Part shown: positions 1 to 9,468 of the stretch, in pieces | How positions within the stretch are numbered: the stretch's first letter is position 1 | How the letters are laid out: the number at the start of each line of letters is the position of its first letter | Source of the DNA: Candidatus Levybacteria bacterium RIFCSPHIGHO2_01_FULL_36_15b | Lineage (GTDB): Bacteria; Patescibacteriota; Microgenomatia; Levybacterales; UBA12049 | NCBI GenBank assembly: GCA_001782045.1 | Contig: MFNK01000012.1 | Location: 86,890 to 150,889, forward strand | Direction of reading: 5' to 3' | Length of the DNA: 64,000 nucleotides | Translations under genes and position numbers: made by a program | The notes under the pieces: model-generated | What the model saw: only the letters and a program-made list of their open reading frames with translations | What the model was told of the DNA's origin: nothing | The model's database searches: none

Positions 1-1
1 T

Positions 2-202
2 TTTAAAACCAATGCCTTGGGACAGTTTGCATCTGCTACGGCTTTAACAAACGGAAAATACACAATAGAGTTTGAAGACCCAAAGCAGATGCATAAATTT
101 GACACTGTTGCATTTGAGGCTAACGGACAAATAATAATGCCAATTGAAGCAACGTCTACCGACCAAAGAGAGGAGTTAAGAAAAAGTCTTTTCACAAATT
201 AA
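2..202 (+). CDS. 3' end of a gene truncated by the window edge; probably a PrgI/VirB3-associated protein with a C-terminal beta-sandwich
   Basis: Frame is open from the window edge (FKTNALGQFASAT...). Its stop overlaps the ATG of the next gene, upstream of the VirB4-like pair. Confidence 0.45.
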   Translation, partial: FKTNALGQFASATALTNGKYTIEFEDPKQMHKFDTVAFEANGQIIMPIEATSTDQREELRKSLFTN

Positions 203-870
203 TGAAAAAGCCTGCCCTAAAATTAAATTCGACTCAAAAGTTTATAGAAATAATAGACGTATATGAAGATATTCTTATACTTACAAGTGGAAATGCTTCT
301 TTAATTATTGAGGTCCAGGCAACTAATTTTGACTTACTTTCCCAAGATGAACAAAATGCAAAAATTTACGCCTATTCTTCTCTTTTAAATTCATTATCTT
401 TTCCTATTCAAATTGTAGTAAGAAGCAGACAGCTTGATATATCCTCTTACATTAACTTGCTTGCAGAGGAAGAAGCAAAGACCCAAAACCAAGCTCTACG
501 AAAACAAATAAGTCTTTATAAAAAATTTGTAACCGAGTTGGTAAAGAAAAATACCGTACTTGATAAGAAATTTTATGTCGTAATTCCTTATTCTTCTTTG
601 GAAAAAGGAGTATTTGGCGCAAAACAAGCAGTGGGGGGAGATTCTATAAAAAATTTAGAGGTTCAGGCAAAAGCAGCGTTGCATTCAAAAGCAGAATCTA
701 TGCATACACAGTTGTCACGAATAGGACTTAAATCAAAAACGCTTGAAAGAGAAGATTTATTAAAGTTATTTTACGAACTATATAACGACTCTTCGGTCCA
801 TCAGTCTCATATGGCTCATGGAAAAACCGGAATTGTGAAAGGAGATGCAAGTGCTGTTCAAAAGAAATAA
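202..870 (+). CDS. TraC/VirB4 N-terminal-like accessory protein of a T4SS-like locus
   Basis: 222 aa with NFDLLSQDEQ...LNSLSFPIQI...KKFYVVIP pattern; overlaps the VirB4 ATPase gene. Confidence 0.65.
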   Translation: MKKPALKLNSTQKFIEIIDVYEDILILTSGNASLIIEVQATNFDLLSQDEQNAKIYAYSSLLNSLSFPIQIVVRSRQLDISSYINLLAEEEAKTQNQALRKQISLYKKFVTELVKKNTVLDKKFYVVIPYSSLEKGVFGAKQAVGGDSIKNLEVQAKAALHSKAESMHTQLSRIGLKSKTLEREDLLKLFYELYNDSSVHQSHMAHGKTGIVKGDASAVQKK

Positions 871-2686
871 AAATAAAACTGCAACTGCGCAAGATCCAAC
901 ATCAAATATTTTGCAAAGAGGAATGAGCAGTATTCCAGATGTTCTTGCGCCATCGTCAATTGAAGTAGACTTCAATAATATTAGGGTTGGTGAAAAGCTA
1001 TATAAATCATTTTTTATCTCTGGCTATCCCAGATACGTTTCTGCAAACTGGCTTGAGCCCTTAATTAATTTCGAATCCTCTATGGATATTTCAATGTTTA
1101 TTTATCCAACAGACGCCCCGGATGTTTTATCCGATTTAAGACGCAAGATTGCCGAAATGGAGGCAACGCTTTCGTCAAACATAGAAGAGGGCTTAGATGT
1201 TGACCCAAAAGTTAGCGCTTCTTTGGAAGACGCACTTTCTGTCCAGGAAGAATTAGCAAAGGGCGTGGAAAGATTTTTCCAGTTCTCGCTTTATGTTTCC
1301 TTGATTGCTAATACCATGGAGGAGCTTAATGAAAATTCAAAAAAATTAGTTTCTACTTTAAATTCAATTTTACTTTTGCCTAAAACCGCAACTCTTCAAA
1401 TGGAGGAAGGATTTAAATCAACTATTCCACTTGGACGTGACTTTTTGTTTTTAACAAGAAATATGGATACGACTTCGCTGGCTTCAACTTTTCCTTTTAC
1501 TTCGGCTATGTTAACGCAGGACAAGGGAATTTTATATGGAGTAAACCAGCAAAACGGTTCGTTAATTATTTTTGATAGATTTAGTCTTGAAAACGCAAAT
1601 GAAGTAGTTTTGGGAAAATCGGGTGCCGGAAAATCATATCTAATAAAACTTGAGGCATTCCGTCAGTTTATGTTTGGGACCGAGGTAATAATAATTGACC
1701 CGGAAGGAGAATATTCAAAGCTTGCCAAAAGCCTAAGCGGAGAAGAGGTTTTCTTTAGCGCAAACTCTCCTATTAAAATTAACCCATTTGATTTATCCCA
1801 AAGTTACGAAGAGGGCGAAAACGAATTGGGTTTAAAAATATTGTCCTTGCATGGGCTTTTAAAAATAGTTTTTGGAAAACTCGATGCAACATCAGATGCA
1901 ATACTAGACAGGGCGTTAGTTGAAACATACAGGCAAAAAGGCATAACCGTTGAGCCAAATACTCAAAAAAACACACCCCCTTTAATGGAAGACTTATATA
2001 AAGTTTTATTGGGAATGGAAGACCAAAAGGCGAATGAACTGGCTTTAGTTTTAGAAAAATTTATAAAAGGCAGTTTGTCGGGCATTTTTAATCAGCAATC
2101 TAATTTTGACATAAAAAACCCATTTACAGTTTTTAACATAAAGGGGCTTGAAGAAGAATTGAGGCCAATTGCAATGCACATAGTTTTGGATTTTGTATGG
2201 ACAAAAATAAGAAAAGATTTAAAAAAGAGGTTATTAATACTAGATGAGGCTTGGTACATGATGGAATACGAAGACAGCGCATCTTTTGTTTATTCAATTG
2301 CTAAACGCGCTCGAAAATACTACTTAGGACTAACAACAGCAACACAAGACGTTGAGGATTTTTTATCAACCGATTATGGAAAAGCGGTTTTGTCCAATTC
2401 GTCTATTCAAATGCTTCTTAAGCAGGCGCCGAGCGAAGTCGATTTGGTATCACAAGTGTTTTACCTTACAAAAGGAGAAAAGCAATTGCTTTTATCCGCC
2501 CAAATTGGCGAAGGACTTTTCTTTGCCGGACAAAATCACGTTGCAATACAAGTGCTGGCAGCAGAACACGAACACGCATTAATTACCACCGACCCACAGG
2601 AGGCTCAAAGCACGAAACAGGATACTGAAAAAAGTGCGATTACACCTCCCGAGAAGCCCTCCGAAAAAGCAACTGACAGTCACTAG
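845..2686 (+). CDS. VirB4/TraC-like secretion ATPase
   Basis: Walker A GKSGAGKS, IIIDPEGEY, Walker B LILDEAW, KRARKY...TQDVED motif. Confidence 0.9.
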   Translation: MQVLFKRNKNKTATAQDPTSNILQRGMSSIPDVLAPSSIEVDFNNIRVGEKLYKSFFISGYPRYVSANWLEPLINFESSMDISMFIYPTDAPDVLSDLRRKIAEMEATLSSNIEEGLDVDPKVSASLEDALSVQEELAKGVERFFQFSLYVSLIANTMEELNENSKKLVSTLNSILLLPKTATLQMEEGFKSTIPLGRDFLFLTRNMDTTSLASTFPFTSAMLTQDKGILYGVNQQNGSLIIFDRFSLENANEVVLGKSGAGKSYLIKLEAFRQFMFGTEVIIIDPEGEYSKLAKSLSGEEVFFSANSPIKINPFDLSQSYEEGENELGLKILSLHGLLKIVFGKLDATSDAILDRALVETYRQKGITVEPNTQKNTPPLMEDLYKVLLGMEDQKANELALVLEKFIKGSLSGIFNQQSNFDIKNPFTVFNIKGLEEELRPIAMHIVLDFVWTKIRKDLKKRLLILDEAWYMMEYEDSASFVYSIAKRARKYYLGLTTATQDVEDFLSTDYGKAVLSNSSIQMLLKQAPSEVDLVSQVFYLTKGEKQLLLSAQIGEGLFFAGQNHVAIQVLAAEHEHALITTDPQEAQSTKQDTEKSAITPPEKPSEKATDSH

Positions 2687-2719
2687 TAACTAATATCTAG
2701 TAACTGCTAATATTAAATT

Positions 2720-3514
2720 ATGGACGAAGAAGAAAAGAAAGACCAACAGGGTCCGCAGGAAAACGACGATCAGCAATCTCCTTTTGACCAAACTGGACAA
2801 GTAACTGATAGGGCAAAACAGGTTGGCAAAAAAGCGCTAAAGGGACTACGGGGATTAGGAACAGCAGGCCAAGCCGCAGGAGAGACAGAGACAGCTGGTG
2901 CCGGCGCTCAAGCAGCAGAAAAATCGGCTACAAAAGTTGCCACTAGGGCTTTGCAGGTAGCTCTTAGAGCCGGAGGCTCAAATATTGGAGGGTGGGCTGT
3001 GATTATTGTCATTGCAATAGTTTTTGCAATGACAATCTTAATGGCAATACTTGGAGGTCAACAAGCTACAACTGCCACAAATTATAACGCTCCCATAGAA
3101 GAACCACCAGAGCCAATAGATGAAAATGTCTGCAGTTTAATTGACATTCCTGGCTTAACGTGTAATCTTTCCGCGCCTCCCCTGGTTGAAAATGGCCAGT
3201 CTTACGAATACATAGGGGATGTAAATTATAAAACCAGCGATGGTGGAAAAGAATTAAGCAGTTTTAAATTTATACTTACTATTCCGTCTGACATTATTGA
3301 ATTCACCACTCCTCTTCCCGGAAATCCTGATCCTAGCACGAGTGGGTCACAAACAACATACACTTGGTTGCTCAGCGATGCTGCAAACATTTCTTTATTC
3401 AAACAAGTAACCGGCTCTAGCCCTCCGGAATATAATTTTCATTTTTCAGTTACAGCAAAGCCCAAGACAGGGGTAAAAGACACCACCGCAACAGTGGAGC
3501 TTTTGGTAGAATAA
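2720..3514 (+). CDS. Single-pass membrane protein with an Ala/Gly-rich N-terminus and a C-terminal beta-rich (Ig/DUF11-like) domain
   Basis: One hydrophobic helix (WAVIIVIAIVFAMTILMAIL), a Pro linker and a Thr/Ser-rich beta domain. Own TGn-TAATAT promoter 6 nt before the ATG. Confidence 0.6.
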   Translation: MDEEEKKDQQGPQENDDQQSPFDQTGQVTDRAKQVGKKALKGLRGLGTAGQAAGETETAGAGAQAAEKSATKVATRALQVALRAGGSNIGGWAVIIVIAIVFAMTILMAILGGQQATTATNYNAPIEEPPEPIDENVCSLIDIPGLTCNLSAPPLVENGQSYEYIGDVNYKTSDGGKELSSFKFILTIPSDIIEFTTPLPGNPDPSTSGSQTTYTWLLSDAANISLFKQVTGSSPPEYNFHFSVTAKPKTGVKDTTATVELLVE

Positions 3515-3518
3515 TATT

Positions 3519-4289
3519 GTGAGAAATATTACAGTTATAATAATTTTATTTTTATCCTTTTTTATTCTGGCTGCTTCTGCATCGGCTTTTGTGATCGAAA
3601 CCGTAATTGGAAACCCTACTGGGGAAGGGCTTCCAAGGTGCACGACTCTTGATGCAAATCCTCGTGGATGCTTAAGCAATGATTTAAATATTACCGTCAC
3701 AGGCTCATTTACAGATGACCAAATAAGGAGTATCTACAATGATTTTTGGCGTGTCGCGGGAAAAAGCAGAGCGTATTGGGAGTTGTTAAAAGAAGCCGGC
3801 CCCTCAGTAAACGAAGATAACAGTCTTCCAGGAGAAGGGTGTTTTGCAAAAGTAGAAAACGGTAATATATACATTCAGGCTTATAATAAATGTTCAGACA
3901 CCTTGCTTATTCATGAAAGCGGGCATGTGTTTGCAGGAAAAAACAGTAGATATTTAATAAGGAGGTTCCCTTATGAAGATGAAATAAAAAACTCAGGCGC
4001 TGCTTGCGTTGAGGATCGGTGCAACAATGGCCACGCCTTTATTAAGACATATTCCCTAAGGGATAAAAGCTGCGATAGCACCTCAAACCCCTATCCAGAA
4101 AAGTGTACATTTGGTGTCAGTCCTAAGGGAGAATCGTTTGCAGAAGCACTTGTTGACTACACAACCCCTGGAAGAATTGGCAGAAGGAGTAGCACATACT
4201 GCTCTGTTGCCATTGAAAATTATAAATCTGATTGTAAAAATGCTTATGCATGGATGAGAGACAATGTTTTTGGAGGAGCAGAATTTTAA
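3519..4289 (+). CDS. Secreted Cys-rich zincin metallopeptidase-like protein
   Basis: Signal peptide ending ASA, LIHESGH (HExxH), distal ESFAE, 10 Cys. Confidence 0.7.
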   Translation: MRNITVIIILFLSFFILAASASAFVIETVIGNPTGEGLPRCTTLDANPRGCLSNDLNITVTGSFTDDQIRSIYNDFWRVAGKSRAYWELLKEAGPSVNEDNSLPGEGCFAKVENGNIYIQAYNKCSDTLLIHESGHVFAGKNSRYLIRRFPYEDEIKNSGAACVEDRCNNGHAFIKTYSLRDKSCDSTSNPYPEKCTFGVSPKGESFAEALVDYTTPGRIGRRSSTYCSVAIENYKSDCKNAYAWMRDNVFGGAEF

Positions 4290-4874
4290 ATGAGAAAAAA
4301 AATATTTGTTATTGTATTAATAGTTTTTATTGGGATTGTTTTTTTACTTTTCTTAGGCGGGGACAAAAAAAAACCCGTTAAGCAAACGGCGCCAACACCA
4401 ATTCCCATACCTTCTGATTTTGATAAAAATTACAGCAACTTTAATTATTTATCGCCGGGAAAGAGTACCTATAATGATGTTGTTAGTATTAATGGAAAAC
4501 CAAAAACTTCGTCTGCTTTCGGTAAGAAAACAAAACTTACCTATCTTACGCCTAATCAAGATTACGAAAACTTGGTCGTATTAGATAATAACACAGTAAC
4601 CTACGCCTATGAATATGTTTTTTCTACTTATAGGGGCGTCTTGAGTGAGTACTTGAAAACCTACGGGAACCCACTGAAGCTTTACTCCAAAGACCCTGAT
4701 GGGTTTGACTGGTATATTTTTCTTGGATCAGGAATTGGAGTGGAAGCGGCAGACAATCTTGTAACAAGAGTGCTGTATTTTATTCCTCAGGATAAAAATA
4801 GTTTTATGACAAACATAGCTAAAGACGTTGGGCTTTCGGAGACCCCAATAGAAGAGATAGGGGAGCCTTTTTAA
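4290..4874 (+). CDS. Membrane-anchored extracytoplasmic hypothetical protein
   Basis: N-terminal TM and PTPIPIP linker; starts directly after the preceding stop. Confidence 0.65.
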   Translation: MRKKIFVIVLIVFIGIVFLLFLGGDKKKPVKQTAPTPIPIPSDFDKNYSNFNYLSPGKSTYNDVVSINGKPKTSSAFGKKTKLTYLTPNQDYENLVVLDNNTVTYAYEYVFSTYRGVLSEYLKTYGNPLKLYSKDPDGFDWYIFLGSGIGVEAADNLVTRVLYFIPQDKNSFMTNIAKDVGLSETPIEEIGEPF

Positions 4875-5977
4875 CCCTGAATTCTGATTGGCATTATTAA
4901 ATGGAGAAAGTTATTGTCCCCTTTTACTTTAAAAACGCCGGGGTTTAGTGGACCCGTCATCTCAAAGATTAATTCTTCTTCCTCCAGCGTTGTCAAAACG
5001 TCAATTAAGTATTTTGCGTTGAATGCGATTTCGTTTCCCTCCCCAATTGTTTTTGCTGCTATTTCTACCAAATCCTCTCCCACTTGAGGTGAGTTGGCAG
5101 AAACCACTAGCTTGTCTTTTTCTACAGACAACTTAACTATATTGGCGGTCTCTCTTGCAAAAACAGAGCAAATTCTTATTGCGTTTAAAAGTTCTTCTCT
5201 GTCTATTTCTGTTTTTGTATCCGCATCTTCTGGCATTATTTTTTCATACTGCGGATAGTCGGCATCTATTAGTCTTCCAACAATTTCTGTTTCTGCTTGC
5301 GTTATTACAACTTGATTATTTTCTTTAGAAACACAAAAGGAAATTTTTCCATCATCTTCTTTTAAAAACGATAGTTCTTTGATAACTCTGCCGGGGACTA
5401 CAATGGGTTTTTCAAGCCCTTCCTTTAACTTGAGTGGGGTTTTCTGATAAGAAAGTCTGTACTGGTCGGTTGCCACCAGAACAACGCCTTCTTTTCCTTT
5501 TTCAAACAAGACACCAAGAAGAGATGGGCGACTAGAATCTACGGCTGCGGCAAAAGAAACTCTTTGGAAAAACTTTTCTACGTCTTTCTTTTCCAAGGTT
5601 AAAATTACATCGCCTTTTTGTTCATAAAGCTTAGGAAACTCGTCTGCGGACATTGTTTGAAACGAAGCCCTTACCTTATCCCCTTTAAGTTTTAAAACGT
5701 TTTCTTCGAGCTCTAGTTTTATTTTTTGGTCTTTGATATTAGTTATTAAATCCAGAAAGTTTTTCGCCAATACTGTTGTTTTTCCTTCTTTTTCAACGCT
5801 TGCAGGAACTTCTGCAGATATTCCTATTTCTAAATCTGTTGCTGAAATTACTAACTTTCCCCTTTTTGTCTCCAATAAAAAATTTGAAAGTATCGGGAGG
5901 GTTGCCCGACTGGAAACGGCATGATTAAGAAAAGAAATTTTCTCGAGCAGGTTATCGGAAAGAAGTGAAACCAACAT
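4871..5977 (-). CDS. dnaN: DNA polymerase III beta clamp
   Basis: LPILSN, ATDLEI, ATDQYRL, YPQYEKI, IAFNAKYL, C-terminal LIMPIR; next to dnaA. Confidence 0.98.
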   Translation of the reverse strand: MLVSLLSDNLLEKISFLNHAVSSRATLPILSNFLLETKRGKLVISATDLEIGISAEVPASVEKEGKTTVLAKNFLDLITNIKDQKIKLELEENVLKLKGDKVRASFQTMSADEFPKLYEQKGDVILTLEKKDVEKFFQRVSFAAAVDSSRPSLLGVLFEKGKEGVVLVATDQYRLSYQKTPLKLKEGLEKPIVVPGRVIKELSFLKEDDGKISFCVSKENNQVVITQAETEIVGRLIDADYPQYEKIMPEDADTKTEIDREELLNAIRICSVFARETANIVKLSVEKDKLVVSANSPQVGEDLVEIAAKTIGEGNEIAFNAKYLIDVLTTLEEEELIFEMTGPLNPGVFKVKGDNNFLHLIMPIRIQG

Positions 5978-5982
5978 ATTCT

Positions 5983-6112
5983 TATTTGTAGTTGTAGTAG
6001 TTTATATGGAAAAGTGGAAAAAAGCAAGGAGGCCTACTTATATTTTTGTTGATAACGAGTGGATAAAAATGTGGATAAAAAGTTAATAAAAAAAAACACA
6101 GATTAATCCACT
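5983..6112. promoter_or_regulatory. oriC core between dnaA and dnaN: DnaA boxes and DnaA-trios
   Basis: Perfect TTATCCACA on minus at 6070-6078. One-mismatch boxes at 6047-6055 and 6058-6066. Overlapping degenerate pair at 6005-6021. Trio run TTG TAG TTG TAG TAG at 5986-6000. Confidence 0.8.
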
Positions 6113-7446
6113 TTTTTTCCCAACATCTGGTCGTTTATCCCCAAGAAATCCATATTTCCTTTTTGCTCAACCAATTTTTCAATTTTTCCCACGCCATGCA
6201 TTATTGTTGTATGATCCCTTCCTCCAAGCAAGTGCCCAATTTCTACAAAGGTTAACCCCATTTGTTTTTTTAATAAAAACATTGCAACCTGCCTTGGTCT
6301 TACCAAAAAAGCATCGCGTTTTGGACTTTTTAATTGCGTGGGTTTTACATTGTAGTAAGAGCAGACATTGTCTATTATTTCATCAGGATGAAAGCCTCTT
6401 GGTTCGTCTTTTTCAACCGGCAGGAAAGAGGCAAGTATGTCTTCTGTTATTTCCGACAAGCCTTTGTTCTGGGCTTCTGTTATTAATCTTAAAAGCAAAC
6501 CCTCAAGCCCTCTTGCATCCTGCGCCTTTTGGGCAATAGCCTTGGCGGTATTAAAAGAAAGAGAAATATTATATTTTTTTGCTTTAATAAGAAGTATCGC
6601 ACATCTAAGTTCAAAATCCGGTGATTGAATATCTACCGTTAGTCCGCCACCAAATCTTGATATTAATCTTTTTTCCAGCTGTTTTATTTCAGACGGATGC
6701 CTATCAGACGAGAGTACAATTTGTGAGTTTTGATCAACCAATGTATTAAATGTGTGAAAAAGCTCTTCCTGAACCTTTTCCTTTCCTGCAATAAATTGAA
6801 TATCATCAATTACAAGTAAATCCAGATCTCTAAATCTTCTTTTCATTCTGGCTGTATTATTTGTTCTTATTGCCTCAACCACATCATTTGTAAACTCCTC
6901 ACTTGTTGTATAAAGAATTTTGGAGCTTGGTTTTTTTGCATAAACTTCATTTGCTATTGCTTGCATAAGATGTGTTTTTCCAACCCCAACAGGCCCATAA
7001 ATAAACAAAGGGTTGTAGGTTGCCCCCGGATTTTTAGCAACAGTGGTAGCAGAAACATAAGCCAGCTGGTTGCTTCCCGAAACTGCCATATTCTCAAAAC
7101 TATAATCCGATCTAACCCTTGGCAAATGCCCTATTGAAGATTTTGTTTCCGTCTGCGAAAAAAGAGTATCGTTTTTATCTTCCAAAACAACATCAACTAC
7201 TGTTTTTGGAACAAAAACAATTTTTGTATTTATCCCTATATGCTTATCTGTTGCTTTTTTTATGATTGAAAAAAACTTTCGCTGCAGCAGATCTATTATC
7301 ATTCCGGAGGGAGCGGCAACCGTTGCAACACCATCCTCTACAGAAAGTAAACGCGTTTGATTAAAAAGAGTTAAATAATTCGCCTTAGAAACCTCCAATT
7401 CTATTTCAGACAAAACATTCTTCCAGATATTTTTGTAGTCACTCAT
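6103..7446 (-). CDS. dnaA: Chromosomal replication initiator
   Basis: YNPLFIYGPVGVGKTHL, IDDIQF, QEELFHTFN, RLISRF, GGRDHTT. Confidence 0.99.
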   Translation of the reverse strand: MSDYKNIWKNVLSEIELEVSKANYLTLFNQTRLLSVEDGVATVAAPSGMIIDLLQRKFFSIIKKATDKHIGINTKIVFVPKTVVDVVLEDKNDTLFSQTETKSSIGHLPRVRSDYSFENMAVSGSNQLAYVSATTVAKNPGATYNPLFIYGPVGVGKTHLMQAIANEVYAKKPSSKILYTTSEEFTNDVVEAIRTNNTARMKRRFRDLDLLVIDDIQFIAGKEKVQEELFHTFNTLVDQNSQIVLSSDRHPSEIKQLEKRLISRFGGGLTVDIQSPDFELRCAILLIKAKKYNISLSFNTAKAIAQKAQDARGLEGLLLRLITEAQNKGLSEITEDILASFLPVEKDEPRGFHPDEIIDNVCSYYNVKPTQLKSPKRDAFLVRPRQVAMFLLKKQMGLTFVEIGHLLGGRDHTTIMHGVGKIEKLVEQKGNMDFLGINDQMLGKKVD

Positions 7447-7468
7447 GGTAGAAGTCCATTATTAATAA

Positions 7469-7504
7469 TGTGGATAACTTGTGTCAAGATGAGAAACTGG
7501 ATAA
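7469..7504. promoter_or_regulatory. DnaA boxes upstream of dnaA (autoregulation or second origin half)
   Basis: Perfect TGTGGATAA at 7469-7477; two-mismatch box at 7496-7504. Confidence 0.7.
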
Positions 7505-7563
7505 AAGTATATCTTTTTTAAAATGCTTTAAAAAGACATCCTTCTTTGCTATACTTACGTTTA

Positions 7564-7698
7564 ATGGAAAAATTTAGAAAGCTTAAAAAAGTAAAAAGAA
7601 AAAGAAAACACGGATTTTTAGAAAGAACAAAAGACAGAAGCGGCAAAAATCTTTTAAAAAGAAGAAGAAACAAAGGAAGAAAAAGGTTAACGATATAA
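7564..7698 (+). CDS. rpmH: 50S ribosomal protein L34 (44 aa, missing from the ORF track)
   Basis: MEKFRKLKKVKRKRKHGFLERTKDRSGKNLLKRRRNKGRKRLTI, with HGF and RRRxKGRKRL motifs; lies between dnaA and rnpA. Confidence 0.93.
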   Translation: MEKFRKLKKVKRKRKHGFLERTKDRSGKNLLKRRRNKGRKRLTI

Positions 7699-8025
7699 GT
7701 GTTAAAAAAAATAAACCGTCTTTCTAAATTTAAAAGAATTGAAAATTTAAAAAGCGTCACAACCCCCTTTTTTGTTTTAAAATATAAAAAGGAAGACGCC
7801 AGGGTTGCAAAATTTGGATTTATAGTTTCAAAAAAAATTGACAAAAGGGCAACTGTTAGAAATAAAATAAAAAGAATGTTTCAAAAGGCGGTCCAAGAAA
7901 ATATTGAAAAAATTCTTCCCTTTACATTTTTAATAATTGCAAAAGAGAAATGCGTGGAAGAAACAGAAGAAAGCTTATCTAAAACACTTAACTTTATATT
8001 TACAAAAGAAAACTTACTAAAATGA
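7699..8025 (+). CDS. rnpA: RNase P protein component
   Basis: KFGFIVSKKIDKRATVRNKIKR (RNR motif); synteny. Confidence 0.95.
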   Translation: MLKKINRLSKFKRIENLKSVTTPFFVLKYKKEDARVAKFGFIVSKKIDKRATVRNKIKRMFQKAVQENIEKILPFTFLIIAKEKCVEETEESLSKTLNFIFTKENLLK

Positions 8026-8240
8026 AAACAATACTTATAGCACTAATTAATTTTTATCAAAAAATTATTTCTCCCTCGTTAAAACAATTGCTAGGATTTA
8101 ATAATTCTTGCAGATTTTATCCAACATGCTCTGAATATACAAAAAATGCCATTTCCCAAAAAGGATTTTTAGTTGGTTTGTACGCCGGATTTTTAAGGCT
8201 TTTAAAATGCCAACCTTTTTATAACCCGGCAAAAATATGA
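8022..8240 (+). CDS. yidD: Membrane protein insertion efficiency factor
   Basis: YQKIISP, CRFYPTCSEY, RLLKCQPF. Confidence 0.95.
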   Translation: MKTILIALINFYQKIISPSLKQLLGFNNSCRFYPTCSEYTKNAISQKGFLVGLYAGFLRLLKCQPFYNPAKI

Positions 8241-9043
8241 ATATCTTTGATACATTAATACTGAATCCGATTTTAAACATTCTTCTTTTAAATTATAAAC
8301 TGTTTTCAAGTATTGGCGCTCCTTTTGCATTGGGCTTTGCAATAATCGGACTGACAATTGTAATTAGAGTTATTCTTTATCCATTAATGTCTGCACAGCT
8401 AAAGGCCGCAAAGAAGATGCAAGATGTTAATCCGCATCTTTCAAGGTTGCGCGAAAAACACAAAGGAGATGCTAAGACTCTTCAGCAAGAAACAATGAAA
8501 TTATATAAAGAGTTTGGCATTAACCCAGCAGCAGGTTGTCTTCCTATACTCATACAACTGCCTGTTATTTGGGGACTTTATGCAGCTTTAAATAAGGTAA
8601 TTAATTTGGGAGCAAATACTGTTTCAGAAGTAAACAAATTAGCATATTATGATTTTTTAAAGATTGATAAACCTTGGGATGTATATTTCTTTGGTCTTCC
8701 GCTTGCACAAAACCCCGCACAATTAATGAATACGCTAGGCCCCATTATTTTACTCGTGCCGCTTTTAACAGGACTTTTTCAGTTTATACAATCTAAAATG
8801 ATGATGTCGGCCACTCCTGTCAAAAAAGACGATGTAAAAAAGAAGGATGATTTTGCCACTGCTTTTCAATCACAGTCCTTATATATTTTTCCAGTGATGA
8901 TAGGTTTTCTTTCATACACTTTTCCAATTGGCCTTTCTCTATACTGGAACACGTTTACCATTTTTGGTATCATACAGCAATATAAAATCTCTGGTCTTGG
9001 GGGCTTAGAAATTTGGATGCAAAAAGTATGGAAGCAAAAATAA
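8237..9043 (+). CDS. yidC: Membrane insertase YidC, short type without the large periplasmic domain
   Basis: TIVIRVILYPL, LYKEFGINPAAGCLPILIQLP, GLSLYW. Confidence 0.95.
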   Translation: MNIFDTLILNPILNILLLNYKLFSSIGAPFALGFAIIGLTIVIRVILYPLMSAQLKAAKKMQDVNPHLSRLREKHKGDAKTLQQETMKLYKEFGINPAAGCLPILIQLPVIWGLYAALNKVINLGANTVSEVNKLAYYDFLKIDKPWDVYFFGLPLAQNPAQLMNTLGPIILLVPLLTGLFQFIQSKMMMSATPVKKDDVKKKDDFATAFQSQSLYIFPVMIGFLSYTFPIGLSLYWNTFTIFGIIQQYKISGLGGLEIWMQKVWKQK

Positions 9044-9468
9044 AAAAAACAACAAAAGAGTTTTTTAAAATACTTGAAATAGAAGACCCTTTTGAAGTAG
9101 AAGAAAACGAGGAAGAAATTAAAATTAATGTGTCTTCCGAAAACCCTGGAATACTTATCGGATATCACGGTGAAACACTGGAATCCCTGCAATTAATACT
9201 CGCGTTATATTTATCAAAAAAACTCGGGGAATTTAAAAGAGTATCCTTAGAAGTTGGAGATTACAAAAAGAATCGAGAAGAATGGTTGAAAAAGTTGGCA
9301 GCCGATGCAAAAGAAAGAGCATTATCCGATGGCCGTGAGGTGACACTTGAGGATTTAAAAGCTTGGGAAAGAAGAATAGTGCACATGGAGCTTGCCGATG
9401 ATAAAGAAGTTATATCGGAATCTATGGGCGAAGGCAGAGAAAGAGCCCTGGTTATTAGGCCAAGATAA
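9028..9468 (+). CDS. jag: Jag/KhpB RNA-binding protein (KH + R3H, no N-terminal Jag domain)
   Basis: GILIGYHGETLESLQ and ERRIVH; follows yidC. Start is 9028 or 9013. Confidence 0.9.
   Translation: MEAKIKKTTKEFFKILEIEDPFEVEENEEEIKINVSSENPGILIGYHGETLESLQLILALYLSKKLGEFKRVSLEVGDYKKNREEWLKKLAADAKERALSDGREVTLEDLKAWERRIVHMELADDKEVISESMGEGRERALVIRPR

Noticed and set aside
2683-2713. Short direct repeat CTAGTAACT x2 after the VirB4 stop
   Set aside because: Only two 9-bp copies, overlapping a stop and a promoter; no further structure.
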